Source: Myxococcota bacterium
Lineage (GTDB): Bacteria; Myxococcota_A; Polyangia; DASYRF01
Direction of reading: 5' to 3'
NCBI GenBank assembly: GCA_036004705.1
Contig: DASYRF010000092.1
Coordinates: 12,374 to 76,373, forward strand
Length of the DNA: 64,000 bases
Both the position numbers and the translations under genes were made by a program. The notes under the pieces were generated by a model. That model was not told the DNA's origin. It ran no database searches and saw only the letters and a program-made list of their open reading frames with translations. Of the stretch, positions 46,612-55,026 are shown in pieces; the stretch's first letter is position 1; every line of letters starts with the position of its first letter.

Positions 46612-47934
46612 ATGACCCTGTTCGCACTGGTCGCCGTCCTGCTGTTTGCCGCCGCCCACGGACTTCTCGTGCTGGGGCTGGGCCCCCTGTACCGGCGCTG
46701 GATGCGCTGGGCCTTCCTCGGACTGGCCGTGCACGAGCTCGTCGCCTGGATGCCGCCGATGCTCTGGGGACGCGAGGCGCGCTACGCCGCGCCCGCCTGG
46801 TTCAACGCCCTGTTCGTATGGCCGGCGACCGCCGTCGCCGTCTCGGTGCTGCTGCTCATCGCCTTCGCGCCGCTTTGGGTGCCGTGGACGCGCACCTTGC
46901 GGCGGAAACACGAGGCCGCGCGCCGCTCGTCCGTCACGCCCGCGCCTGCGCCCGCGCCCACGCCTGCGCCCGCGCCACTGCGCGCGCCCGCGCCAACGCC
47001 CGCACCTGCACCAGCCACCGTGCCGGCGGCCAGCGCCGCGCGCGCCGCCGGCTTCACGCGCCGGCAAGTCCTCGCCCTCGCCGCAGCGGCGCCGCCGGCG
47101 GCGCTGCTGGCCTCCGGTCCCGCCGGCCTCATCTTCACGGAGACGACCGACATGCCCTACGTCCATCGCCTCGAGCTCGCCTGGCCGAACCTGCCCGCCG
47201 CCCTCGACGGCCTCCGCCTCGCGCAGGTGAGCGACATCCACGTCGGCATCTTCGTCGACGGCGCCGCCGTCCGCCGCGCCGCCGAGGCGGTGCAGCGCGA
47301 GAAGCCCGACGTCTTCCTCGTGACCGGCGACGTCATCGACGACGTCCGCCAGCTTCCCGAGACGATGGAGGCGCTGTCCTCCGTGCGCGCCCGCCTCGGC
47401 GCCTTCGCTTGCCTCGGCAACCACGAGTACTACGCCGGGCTGCGCGCCATCCGCGACGCCTTCGACCGCTCGCCCATCCACATGCTCGTCAACGAGGCCA
47501 CGCAGGTACGCGCCGCCGCGGGCGCCACCGTCGAGATCAGCGCCGTCGACTACCCCATCGGGCGCGGGCGCATGACCGACTCGGACCGCTTCGGCGAGAA
47601 TGCCGAGCGCGCGCTCGTGACCGGCGCCCCCGGCGGGGACTTCCGCCTGCACCTGGCCCACCATCCCCACGCCTGGGACGCCGCCGCCGCGCGCGGCGCC
47701 GATCTCACGCTGTCCGGCCATACGCACGGCGGGCAGATCGCCGTCGGCGGGCGCCCCCTTTTCGGCGCCTTCTTCCGCTACATGCGCGGCCTCTACACCG
47801 CCGGCGACCGCAAGCTCTTCGTCCACTCCGGCACCGGCCACTGGCTGCCGCTGCGCATCGGCTGCCCTGCCGAGGTCGCCATCATCACTCTGCGCCGCGC
47901 CGCGCCCGCCTCCGCCGCCGCCCGCGCCGCGTAG
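46612..47934 (+). CDS. Membrane-anchored calcineurin-like metallophosphoesterase (YaeI-like)
   Basis: N-terminal TM helices and a Pro/Ala linker precede SDIHVG, VTGDVID, GNHEY and SGHTHGGQ. GGCGGAGG is the RBS before ATG 46612. Confidence 0.85.
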   Translation: MTLFALVAVLLFAAAHGLLVLGLGPLYRRWMRWAFLGLAVHELVAWMPPMLWGREARYAAPAWFNALFVWPATAVAVSVLLLIAFAPLWVPWTRTLRRKHEAARRSSVTPAPAPAPTPAPAPLRAPAPTPAPAPATVPAASAARAAGFTRRQVLALAAAAPPAALLASGPAGLIFTETTDMPYVHRLELAWPNLPAALDGLRLAQVSDIHVGIFVDGAAVRRAAEAVQREKPDVFLVTGDVIDDVRQLPETMEALSSVRARLGAFACLGNHEYYAGLRAIRDAFDRSPIHMLVNEATQVRAAAGATVEISAVDYPIGRGRMTDSDRFGENAERALVTGAPGGDFRLHLAHHPHAWDAAAARGADLTLSGHTHGGQIAVGGRPLFGAFFRYMRGLYTAGDRKLFVHSGTGHWLPLRIGCPAEVAIITLRRAAPASAAARAA

Positions 47935-48061
47935 CGACTCCGCCGCACCCGCCTCCGCCGCCGCTCGCGCCGCGTAGCGACTCCGCCGCGCCCTCCGCCG
48001 CCGCCCGCGCCCCTCAGCGACTCCGCCGCGCCCCTCGTCCGCCGCCGCCCGCGCGGCCTAG
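47908..48061. repeat. Tandem repeat, about 3.5 copies of a 41-43-bp unit, covering the last 9 codons and stop of the phosphoesterase gene
   Basis: The units are 47908-47950, 47951-47993 and 47994-48034, with a partial unit at 48035-48061. The consensus is GCCTCCGCCGCCGCCCGCGCCGCGTAGCGACTCCGCCGC(A/G)CCC. Confidence 0.9.
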
Positions 48062-48062
48062 A

Positions 48063-48719
48063 TTATCCGGCCTTCGGGCGCCAGCCGCCCAACGCCTTCT
48101 CGACGAGCACGAGCCGGTCCTGGCCCCAGAACAGCAGGGGCGCGTCGTCGCCTGGCTGATGGACGAAGAACGTCGGCGCGCCGAAGACGCCGCGCCGAGC
48201 CGCCTCCTCGCCGTTCGCCTTCAACGCATCCTTCACCGGCGCGGAGCCCGCCTTCTCCATGGTGTCGGCCGGCAGCCCGGCCGCGGCAACCAGCGCGCGC
48301 ACCTCGCTCTCTTCGGAGATGTCGCGGTCCTCCGCCCAGTAGGCACGGTAGGTCGCGTGGATGAACGGCGCGGCGGCATCACCCGCCGCGAGGACGACGC
48401 GCAACGGGAGGATGGTCCGCACCGGGAAGCGGCTCACCCACTGGAACGGCACGTTCCAGTAGTCCGCCCAGCGGTACAGGTCCGCCACCGAGTGGCGGCG
48501 CTTCGGCTCCGGCCATTCGAGAATGGGCGCGTCCGGCCCGCCGAGCGTGCGGAACAGCCCGCCCAGCAGGAAGGGGCGCCAGACCAGGCGCGCGCCGGTG
48601 CGGCGCGCGACGGCCTCGACCTGCGTCGCGGCCAGGTAGGAAAACGGGCTCGAGAAGTCGAAGAACATCTCCAGCGTGGGGACGACGGTCTCGGCGGTGG
48701 CGGCGGCGGCGGCGCTCAT
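48063..48719 (-). CDS. 2-hydroxychromene-2-carboxylate isomerase / DsbA-like thioredoxin-fold protein (paralog 1)
   Basis: The true start is MSAAAAATAETV at 48719. FFDFSSPFSYLA, LVWRPFLLGGLF, GVFGAPTFFV and LFWGQDRL are present. Confidence 0.85.
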   Translation of the reverse strand: MSAAAAATAETVVPTLEMFFDFSSPFSYLAATQVEAVARRTGARLVWRPFLLGGLFRTLGGPDAPILEWPEPKRRHSVADLYRWADYWNVPFQWVSRFPVRTILPLRVVLAAGDAAAPFIHATYRAYWAEDRDISEESEVRALVAAAGLPADTMEKAGSAPVKDALKANGEEAARRGVFGAPTFFVHQPGDDAPLLFWGQDRLVLVEKALGGWRPKAG

Positions 48720-49354
48720 GGCTGACTCCCTGTTCTCCAGGTGGCCTCGGCGGGGAGCGCGGCCGGCTTCCAGCCGCCCAGGGCCCGCTCGACGAAGTGC
48801 AGGCGGTCCTGTCCCCAGAAGAGCTGGTCCCCCACGAGGAAGGCCGGGGCGCCGAAGACGCCGGCCGCGGCCGCCTCGGCGGTGACGCGGAAGAGCGCCT
48901 CGCGCTGCTCGCCTGCGCGCGCGACGAGGTCGCTCCCGTGAAGGCCGACCGCGTCCAGCGCCCCCGCCACGACCGCCGGGTCCTCGACGTCGCGCCCCTC
49001 CACCCAGTAGGCGCGGTAGAGCGCGTGGGTGGCCGCCGCGCGGGCCGCCCCTTCGCCCGCGGCGAGCAGCGCGCGCAGCGCCAGCACCGTGCGGCGCGGA
49101 TGCCCGCGCGGCCGCCGCAACGGCACGCCCCGGTGCTCCGCCCACCGCTCCATGTCGCGCAGGTTGTTGCGCGCCTTGGCCGGCGACATCCCCTCGTTCG
49201 GATCGTCGGCCGTGCCCAGCGCCCGGAACACGCCGCCCAGCAAGAACGGCCGCCACACCAGCCGCGCCCCCGTGCGCGCCGCCAGCCCCTCCACCTGCGT
49301 CGACGCAAGGTACGCGTACGGGCAAACGAGGTCGTAGAAGAAGTGCAGCTCCAT
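48716..49354 (-). CDS. 2-hydroxychromene-2-carboxylate isomerase / DsbA-like protein (paralog 2)
   Basis: FFYDLVCPYAYLA, LVWRPFLLGGVF, GVFGAPAFLV and LFWGQDRL are present. A 4-nt ATGA overlap joins it to paralog 1. Confidence 0.85.
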   Translation of the reverse strand: MELHFFYDLVCPYAYLASTQVEGLAARTGARLVWRPFLLGGVFRALGTADDPNEGMSPAKARNNLRDMERWAEHRGVPLRRPRGHPRRTVLALRALLAAGEGAARAAATHALYRAYWVEGRDVEDPAVVAGALDAVGLHGSDLVARAGEQREALFRVTAEAAAAGVFGAPAFLVGDQLFWGQDRLHFVERALGGWKPAALPAEATWRTGSQP

Positions 49355-49359
49355 CCCGC

Positions 49360-49373
49360 CTCGACGCTAGCAC
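49360..49373 (-). promoter_or_regulatory. Conserved 14-mer GTGCTAGCGTCGAG located 5 nt upstream of the start codon (candidate extended -10)
   Basis: An identical 14-mer sits at an identical distance upstream of GTG 18921 (18927-18940). It contains TGC-TAGCGT. Confidence 0.35.
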
Positions 49374-49497
49374 ACGGCCGCCGTGCGCCGGAACGCGCCC
49401 CGCCTGGCCCTGGAGCCCACCCACCTCCGCATCTGTCCCGTGCAGATGTACGGCCGCCGACGCCCAGAAGGCGGTCCTCCGCCAACCCCGCCCGCGA

Positions 49498-49835
49498 AGC
49501 CCGCTTTCCGCCGTCGCTCCCCTACTCAGCTCGGTCGGCGCCGTCCCCAACTTCACCGGCGCCGTTCCCCAACTTGTCCGGCGCGTCACTCAGCTCGCGC
49601 GGTGCGGTCCCGGGCTTCTTCGCGCGCGCCCCCAGGATCGATCGGCGCCGTTCCGCAGTGCGCCGCCGCGCTCCCCAGACCACGCTCCACGCGCCCCCGA
49701 CCCGTGTGGCGCCTTTCCGCGCTGTGCCGCGGCCCTCCCAAGGGAGCGATCCGCGCGATCTCAACCCGCCCGGCGCCGTTCCCCATTGGCTTCCTCCCGG
49801 CCCCAACCTGTGTTCTTCGAGCCCCGCCTCCAACC
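49498..49835. repeat. Degenerate tandem/dispersed repeat array in a long ORF-free gap
   Basis: Core (C/T)GGCGCC(G/T)T(T)CC(C/G)C occurs at 49536, 49557, 49643, 49707 and 49771, the last three exactly 64 bp apart. ACTCAGCTCG occurs twice (49523, 49588). Confidence 0.7.
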
Positions 49836-49930
49836 GGATCAACGCCATCCTCCGCTACAGTCTCGCGCTCGCGGTTGAGCGCTACTCACGTGATGGTGCA
49901 TGCGTTCTGCTAACCGCCTTGGTTTGGGAC

Positions 49931-49977
49931 CTGTCAACGAGCCTCCCGGTCTGATCTGTCAATAGAGGACCGGTCTG
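49931..49977. repeat. Direct repeat CTGTCAA-N8/7-CCGGTCTG x2 in a lower-GC stretch upstream of gene 50071
   Basis: CTGTCAA occurs at 49931 and 49956. CCGGTCTG occurs at 49946 and 49970, a 24-25-bp period. Confidence 0.6.
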
Positions 49978-50070
49978 TACCCTTTCGGCCCGCGGCGCAG
50001 GTACTCTTGGGGCATGAACACGGCGCTCCGCCCCCCCGCCGCGCGGTGCACCGGCGAGCCCGCGTGACTC

Positions 50071-50436
50071 ATGGGGCTCCGCTACTTTCTTGCTTGCCTC
50101 GCGATGGTCACCGGCGCCGAGGTGGGCGCCCGCCTGCTGCGCTTGTGGCTGTACCGCTCCGGGTGGCTGCAGGTGGCTTGTGCCCTCGGCTCCAGCGCCG
50201 CACTCGCCGCCCTGGTGACGGCGCTGGCCGGACAGTCGTTCGCGTTGCGCGCTCTGATCGGCGCCGCCCTCGGCATCGCCTACGAAGGCGCCAACCTGCG
50301 CTGGCTCCACTGGTGGACCTTCCCCGGCAACCGCCTCTTCTGGCTCCGCGGCGCGCCCGCGCTCGCGCTCGCCGCCGGCGCCCCCTGGGGCCTGCTCGCC
50401 GCCGCGGCGCCGCTGGTGGCGGCCAACCTGCCGTAG
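50071..50436 (+). CDS. Small hydrophobic membrane protein (121 aa)
   Basis: High GC3, 3-4 predicted TM helices and Trp-rich loops (LRWLHWWTFPGN). No known domain recognised. Confidence 0.5.
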   Translation: MGLRYFLACLAMVTGAEVGARLLRLWLYRSGWLQVACALGSSAALAALVTALAGQSFALRALIGAALGIAYEGANLRWLHWWTFPGNRLFWLRGAPALALAAGAPWGLLAAAAPLVAANLP

Positions 50437-50496
50437 CTCGCAGGAGCGAAAGCGACCGCCGGCCCCCAGTGTTGCTCTTGGCGATAGAATCGGAGC

Positions 50497-51015
50497 GTGG
50501 TGCGCGCGGCGATGGAGGGAACGTTGGCGGTGGGGGACGCCGCGGAGAGCGACGTGGCCGCGCTGGCGGCGTTGCGAACGCGGGTCGCGGAGCGGCTGAC
50601 GCGGGACTTCGGACGCGGGCACTGGTCGGCGGCGGTGACGGAGAAGGGCGTGGCGCGCGGCCTCCGGACGTCGCGGGTGCTGGTGGCGCGGCGTGGCGGA
50701 GGGATCGTCGCCACGCTGCGACTGGCGACGCAGAAGCCATGGGCGATCGACACGGCGTACTTCGTGCGGGTGCGGCGCGCGCTCTACCTGCACGACATGG
50801 CAGTGGAGCCGGACGCGCAGCGGGGCGGGCTCGGGCGGCGACTATTGGAAGCGGCGTGGCGCGCGGCGAGGGCATGGCCGGCCGAGGCCATCCGCCTGGA
50901 CGCCTACGACGCGCCGGCCGGCGCCGGCGGGTTCTACGCGAAGTGCGGATTCCGCGAGGTGGGTCGGGTCGTCTATCGAAAAGTCGGGCTCATCTACTTC
51001 GAGCGCCTGCTCTAG
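50497..51015 (+). CDS. GNAT family N-acetyltransferase
   Basis: Motif A is LHDMAVEPDAQRGGLGRRLLEAA. The C-terminus contains FYAKCGFREVG. Confidence 0.85.
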   Translation: MVRAAMEGTLAVGDAAESDVAALAALRTRVAERLTRDFGRGHWSAAVTEKGVARGLRTSRVLVARRGGGIVATLRLATQKPWAIDTAYFVRVRRALYLHDMAVEPDAQRGGLGRRLLEAAWRAARAWPAEAIRLDAYDAPAGAGGFYAKCGFREVGRVVYRKVGLIYFERLL

Positions 51016-51044
51016 GACGGGCTCATCGGCCGGTGGCCGGTGCG

Positions 51045-51953
51045 TCAGAGCCGGAGGACCCAGCGCTCCCAGGCGGCGTGCGCCTCGGCGGGCGTGGTGC
51101 CGGTGACGGCGCGGAAGGCAAGCGCGCCGGTGGGATCGGCGGCGGCGGTGTCGCGCCAGAGCTGGTAGAAGGGCCAGAGCAAGTCGCGGCGGTCGAGCCA
51201 TAGGCAGAAGTAGCGAGCCATGGCGTAGTGAAGGGACTCGTCGTCGTCGCGGAAGGCGTCGTTGGCCATGCCGAAGAGTCGGTCGAGGCGGGCGCCGGCG
51301 CGGGCCGTGGGGGAGCGCAGCGCGGCGACCAGGCTCGGGAGGCGCCAATTCTTGGCGCCGTGGATTTCGCCCTTGCGAGGAATGACCGGGCCCTCGAAGA
51401 GCGAGGCCAGGCCCTCGTCGATCCAGGTGGGCGCGCCGGGGAAGTCGGCCTCGACGATGGGGTGGACGAGCTCGTGGGTGAGCGTGCCCAGGCCCGGCGC
51501 CGCGTTCATGACGAGGCGGCGCTCGCCGGAGAGGTAGAAACCGAAGGGCGAGGTGCAGGACGCGTCCCAGCGCGCCTTGCAGTAGGCGTCGTACGGCTTC
51601 TTGCCGCCGAACAGGTACACGGTCATGACGTGCGCGGGGCGCGTGCGGAAGCGGCCGTTGAAGAGCGCCTCCAGCGCGCGGGTGGCGAGCGAGTGGCTGC
51701 TGGCGAGCGACTTGGCGCTCAGGCCGGAGGCGCCCACGAGAACGAAGGCCCCGGCGGCGACGGTGACGGGGGCCGTGGCGCCGAGATCGGCGCGCGCGGC
51801 GGCGATAGCCGCGGCCAGCTCCGGCGCGGCGGGCGCCCCGTCGGGGTCGACCGCGACCGGCGGCACGGCCGTGGCCGCCGCGCGTGCGGCCGTGCCCGCG
51901 CCCAGCGCCAGCGAGGCCGTCACTCCCATTCCGAGCGCCACCCAAGACCTCAT
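51045..51953 (-). CDS. Secreted protein with HExxH-like motif (DUF1570/peptidase-MA-like)
   Basis: The true start is MRSWVALGMGV at 51953, with a GGAGGG RBS. A signal peptide is present. LTHELVHPIVEADFPG...WIDEGLASLFE has an HELVH plus downstream Glu arrangement. Confidence 0.6.
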   Translation of the reverse strand: MRSWVALGMGVTASLALGAGTAARAAATAVPPVAVDPDGAPAAPELAAAIAAARADLGATAPVTVAAGAFVLVGASGLSAKSLASSHSLATRALEALFNGRFRTRPAHVMTVYLFGGKKPYDAYCKARWDASCTSPFGFYLSGERRLVMNAAPGLGTLTHELVHPIVEADFPGAPTWIDEGLASLFEGPVIPRKGEIHGAKNWRLPSLVAALRSPTARAGARLDRLFGMANDAFRDDDESLHYAMARYFCLWLDRRDLLWPFYQLWRDTAAADPTGALAFRAVTGTTPAEAHAAWERWVLRL

Positions 51954-52161
51954 CGGCCCTCCACGCCGGCGGCCGGACTGCTCAATGGTGACGCAGCCCC
52001 GTGCGAACGCCAGCGCGCCGGGCGGCGGAGGCGGCGGCTTCGCCGCGCGCGGCCTCCTCGGGCGGCGCGCAGGGCAGCGAGCGCCGCGCGGCGTCAGCGG
52101 CGGCTTCGCCGAGCTCGGGCCCACGGGCCCAGTCTTACCTGCCAGGGAGAGCCGAACGTCG

Positions 52162-52950
52162 TCACGGGCAAAGGTCGTCGGTGCCCTCGGGCATCGAGAT
52201 GCACGCGCCGCCGGCACAGTCGTCGTCGATGGCACAACAGCTAGCGGGGTTGCTCGTGCCCTGCAGGCAGTCACCGCCGGTGGTGACGTCGATGCAGCGC
52301 CTGCGCTGCATCGCGCCGCCGAAGGTGCAGGTGTAGAGGTACGGCAGGCCGAGCCCGTTGTACCAGCCGTCGCAGGCGAAACAGCCGTGGCACTGCGCCG
52401 GCCAGCCCCCGGGCAGCGTCTGGCAGGCGCCCGGCCCGCCGCAGGTCTCGATGACGATCGCGCCGCCGTAGCACTCGTAGCGCGCCGACGCGTCGGCGTT
52501 GCACGTCCAGGACGCGGGCGTTCCGCTGCACGGGATGCCGCCGGGCGGAAGCGGGCAGTCCGCGGGGCAGTCGAGCGCGTTCTCGCAGCCGGGATCGCAC
52601 ACGCCGTCTCCGCAGGCGACGGGCGGGCTGACCATCCAGCAGGCGCCGTCGGGGATCTCGGCGGCGGCGGCGTCGGTCGCGCCGTCAGGAAAGTCTCCCG
52701 GAGCGGCGTCGGCGCCGGCCGCGTCGGCCCCTGGGCCCGCGTCGAGCACGGCCACCGTGCCGCAGAGGCAGCCGCACGCCGCGACCGCTGATACCGCGGC
52801 GGCGACGCCGCGCGCGATGGCCCCCGCCTCTTCACCCGGCCACACGGCGCTCGAGCTCACCCCTGCCAGCGCGGCCCCCACGCGGCGCGCGACGGCGTTC
52901 ATGCACACCCGCGCGACGATGGCGACTCCCCTGCGCGTGAAGGCGTTCAT
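52162..52950 (-). CDS. Cys-rich secreted/membrane-anchored protein (262 aa)
   Basis: The start directly abuts the stop of the upstream gene. The N-terminus is duplicated (MNAFTRRGVAIVARV / MNAVARRVGAALAGV), with an alternative start at 52902. There are about 30 Cys in CGDGVCDPGCE-type motifs. Confidence 0.6.
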   Translation of the reverse strand: MNAFTRRGVAIVARVCMNAVARRVGAALAGVSSSAVWPGEEAGAIARGVAAAVSAVAACGCLCGTVAVLDAGPGADAAGADAAPGDFPDGATDAAAAEIPDGACWMVSPPVACGDGVCDPGCENALDCPADCPLPPGGIPCSGTPASWTCNADASARYECYGGAIVIETCGGPGACQTLPGGWPAQCHGCFACDGWYNGLGLPYLYTCTFGGAMQRRRCIDVTTGGDCLQGTSNPASCCAIDDDCAGGACISMPEGTDDLCP

Positions 52951-54386
52951 GCGCACCTCCGCGGCGCCGCCGCGTCGCGGCGGCGCCCGCGCTGCAGCGC
53001 CCTTCCGGTAAGGCCGACGAGGCCGGCCACCGCCACAGCCGCCGCCAGGCCGCCACCACCGCTGCCGCCGCCTCGGCCACCGGCCGCGCCAACCACGCTG
53101 CAGTGGCAACCGCCACGGCCGTCGCCGCCCGGCGCGCCCGCGTCCCCGCCGCCGTCGGCCGCGGCGCCGCCGTCCGAGCCGGCGCCCGGCGCGCATGGCG
53201 CCACCGTCACGTTCATCTGCAGCGCCGCCGGATCGGCACCGAGATACAGCGCGCCGCTCCCCGGGAAGAGCAGCCCGAACCCCTGCGCGTAGTCGATCGG
53301 GCCGAGCACGGTCGGCGCACGCGCGACGAACGCGAAGGTGCCCGTCCCGCCCGCCGGCACAGGGTCGGGCGTCACCGGCCCCACCACGCGCGCCGAGCTC
53401 CACGACGCGTCGGCGAACACGCTGTCGCGATCCTGGGGATCGGTCCCCAGCGTCACGCCCGCCGGCCAGTCCACCGCGCCGGTGTTCGTGCAGGAGACGG
53501 TCACCGCGGCGCCCTCTCCGCTGCACAGCGCCGCCTCGTAGTCGACGCTACACGACGCCGCGAACGTGCTGCAGTGCGGCGCCGGCAGATCCTCGCAGCC
53601 GAGCCCGCCACAACTGGTGACGACCGGGCTCAGGCTGCACGTCTCGAGGTCGCCGCCCACGCAAGCGCCGGCGTCGCGCGTCGCGCGGCCCTGCGCGCAC
53701 AGGTTCGCGGAGTCCACGCCGAGGTACATGCAGGCGGCGGCGTCGAACAGGTTCCCGGCCGGCGAGACGGCCTGCGCGCGCAGGCTCAGCCCCGCGCAGC
53801 CGAGCAGCTCGTACCAGCCCGGGCCCCCGAGGCTCGGCGGCGCCGGCGCGCAGCCCGTCCACGTCTGTCCGTTGCAGCAGTCCGCATCGGACGCGTCGCC
53901 GGCCGCCTCGTAGATCTCGTGCATGCCCAGCGCGGTCTGGCAGTGGCAGTTTCCAAGAAATCCGTCGCCGAGCTCGGCGCCGCGGATCGGTACGGTCGCG
54001 CCGGAATTCGTGACCACGCTGGCGGTGTGGTCGTTGCTGCCGACGCAACCGCCTCCGTGGATGTATTCGATGACGTCGCCGGGCGCCGGCTCCCACCCCG
54101 CCGATTGCACGACGCACGTGAAGTTCCCCCAGTCGCCACAGTCGCCGATCTCGGCGGCGGCGACGAGCGTGACGGTCTCGCCGCCCGCGAACGGCACGAG
54201 CCAGCTGTTGAAGGCGGTCGCGCCGATCACGCACGCCCAGAAGTCCTCGACCTCGCCGGCGCAACCCGCCTCGTGGCCGCTCTTCCAGGCGATGTAGAGG
54301 TTCGCGGCGCGCACCGGGGCGGGCGCCGCGGCGAGCAGGGCGGCGGCGACGCAGAGCGTGGCCAGGACGCGGCGCGGGTTGTTCAT
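52947..54386 (-). CDS. Secreted Cys-rich protein with MYXO-CTERM-type C-terminal sorting signal
   Basis: The signal peptide is ATLCVAAALLAAAPAPVRA. The C-terminus is GGCHCSVVG...LAAAVAVAGLVGLTGRALQRGRRR (Gly-Cys, then TM, then Arg cluster). GAGGAG is the RBS, and the start overlaps the tetR stop (ATGA). Confidence 0.7.
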   Translation of the reverse strand: MNNPRRVLATLCVAAALLAAAPAPVRAANLYIAWKSGHEAGCAGEVEDFWACVIGATAFNSWLVPFAGGETVTLVAAAEIGDCGDWGNFTCVVQSAGWEPAPGDVIEYIHGGGCVGSNDHTASVVTNSGATVPIRGAELGDGFLGNCHCQTALGMHEIYEAAGDASDADCCNGQTWTGCAPAPPSLGGPGWYELLGCAGLSLRAQAVSPAGNLFDAAACMYLGVDSANLCAQGRATRDAGACVGGDLETCSLSPVVTSCGGLGCEDLPAPHCSTFAASCSVDYEAALCSGEGAAVTVSCTNTGAVDWPAGVTLGTDPQDRDSVFADASWSSARVVGPVTPDPVPAGGTGTFAFVARAPTVLGPIDYAQGFGLLFPGSGALYLGADPAALQMNVTVAPCAPGAGSDGGAAADGGGDAGAPGGDGRGGCHCSVVGAAGGRGGGSGGGGLAAAVAVAGLVGLTGRALQRGRRRDAAAPRRCA

Positions 54387-55018
54387 CGGCGCTCCTCGGT
54401 GGGGGTTGCAGCGGGCGCGAGCACGCGCACCAGAAGCCGTTCGAGCTCCTCGAACGCGGGGCGCGTGCCGGCGACGTCGTCGGTCTGGTAGAGGTGGAAG
54501 ACGAACCCTTCCAGGATCACGTTGATGAGCGCGGCCATGTCGGCGAGGCGCGCGGCGGCGTCGCCGGTGGCCCCCAGCACGTCGGCGAGCCCCGCGTGCA
54601 ACAGCGCGCGCACGCCGGCGGCGAACACGTCGAGGTGCTCGCGCAGGCGCGGGTTGGTGCGGCTCGCGCGCCAGAGCTCGACCTGCAGCGGGACCTGATC
54701 GCGCTGTTCGACGAGCAGGCCCCACGCCGATTGGAGGTAATGCGCGATACGTTCCGCCGCAGGGGCCGCGGGCGGCGCGGCCTCGAGCCGCACGCTCTCG
54801 AACAGCCGCTGGGCGCGGTAGGAGTTCACCTCGAGCAGCAGGTGCTCCTTGGAGTCGAAGTGGTAGTGGAGGAGCGACTTCGCCACGCCGGCCTCGGCGG
54901 CGATCCGTTCGAGCGACACGCCATGAAGACCGTGACGGCTCCAGAGCAGCGCCGCCGCCTCGAGGATGCGGCGGACGGATTCGCGCGGGCGGACGCGGGA
55001 CTCAGATGCCGAGTTCAT
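54383..55018 (-). CDS. TetR family transcriptional regulator, first gene of the secreted-protein operon
   Basis: The HTH is RRILEAAALLWSRHGLHGVSLERIAAEAGVAKSLLHYHFDSKEHLL. Confidence 0.9.
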   Translation of the reverse strand: MNSASESRVRPRESVRRILEAAALLWSRHGLHGVSLERIAAEAGVAKSLLHYHFDSKEHLLLEVNSYRAQRLFESVRLEAAPPAAPAAERIAHYLQSAWGLLVEQRDQVPLQVELWRASRTNPRLREHLDVFAAGVRALLHAGLADVLGATGDAAARLADMAALINVILEGFVFHLYQTDDVAGTRPAFEELERLLVRVLAPAATPTEERR

Positions 55019-55026
55019 GGGATTTA

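Noticed and set aside
49498-49835. A possible CRISPR array, because a short GC-rich core recurs.
   Set aside because: The repeats are only about 15-19 nt and degenerate. Spacing is irregular (21, 86, 64, 64 bp). The 'spacers' share sequence with each other, and there are no cas genes in the window.
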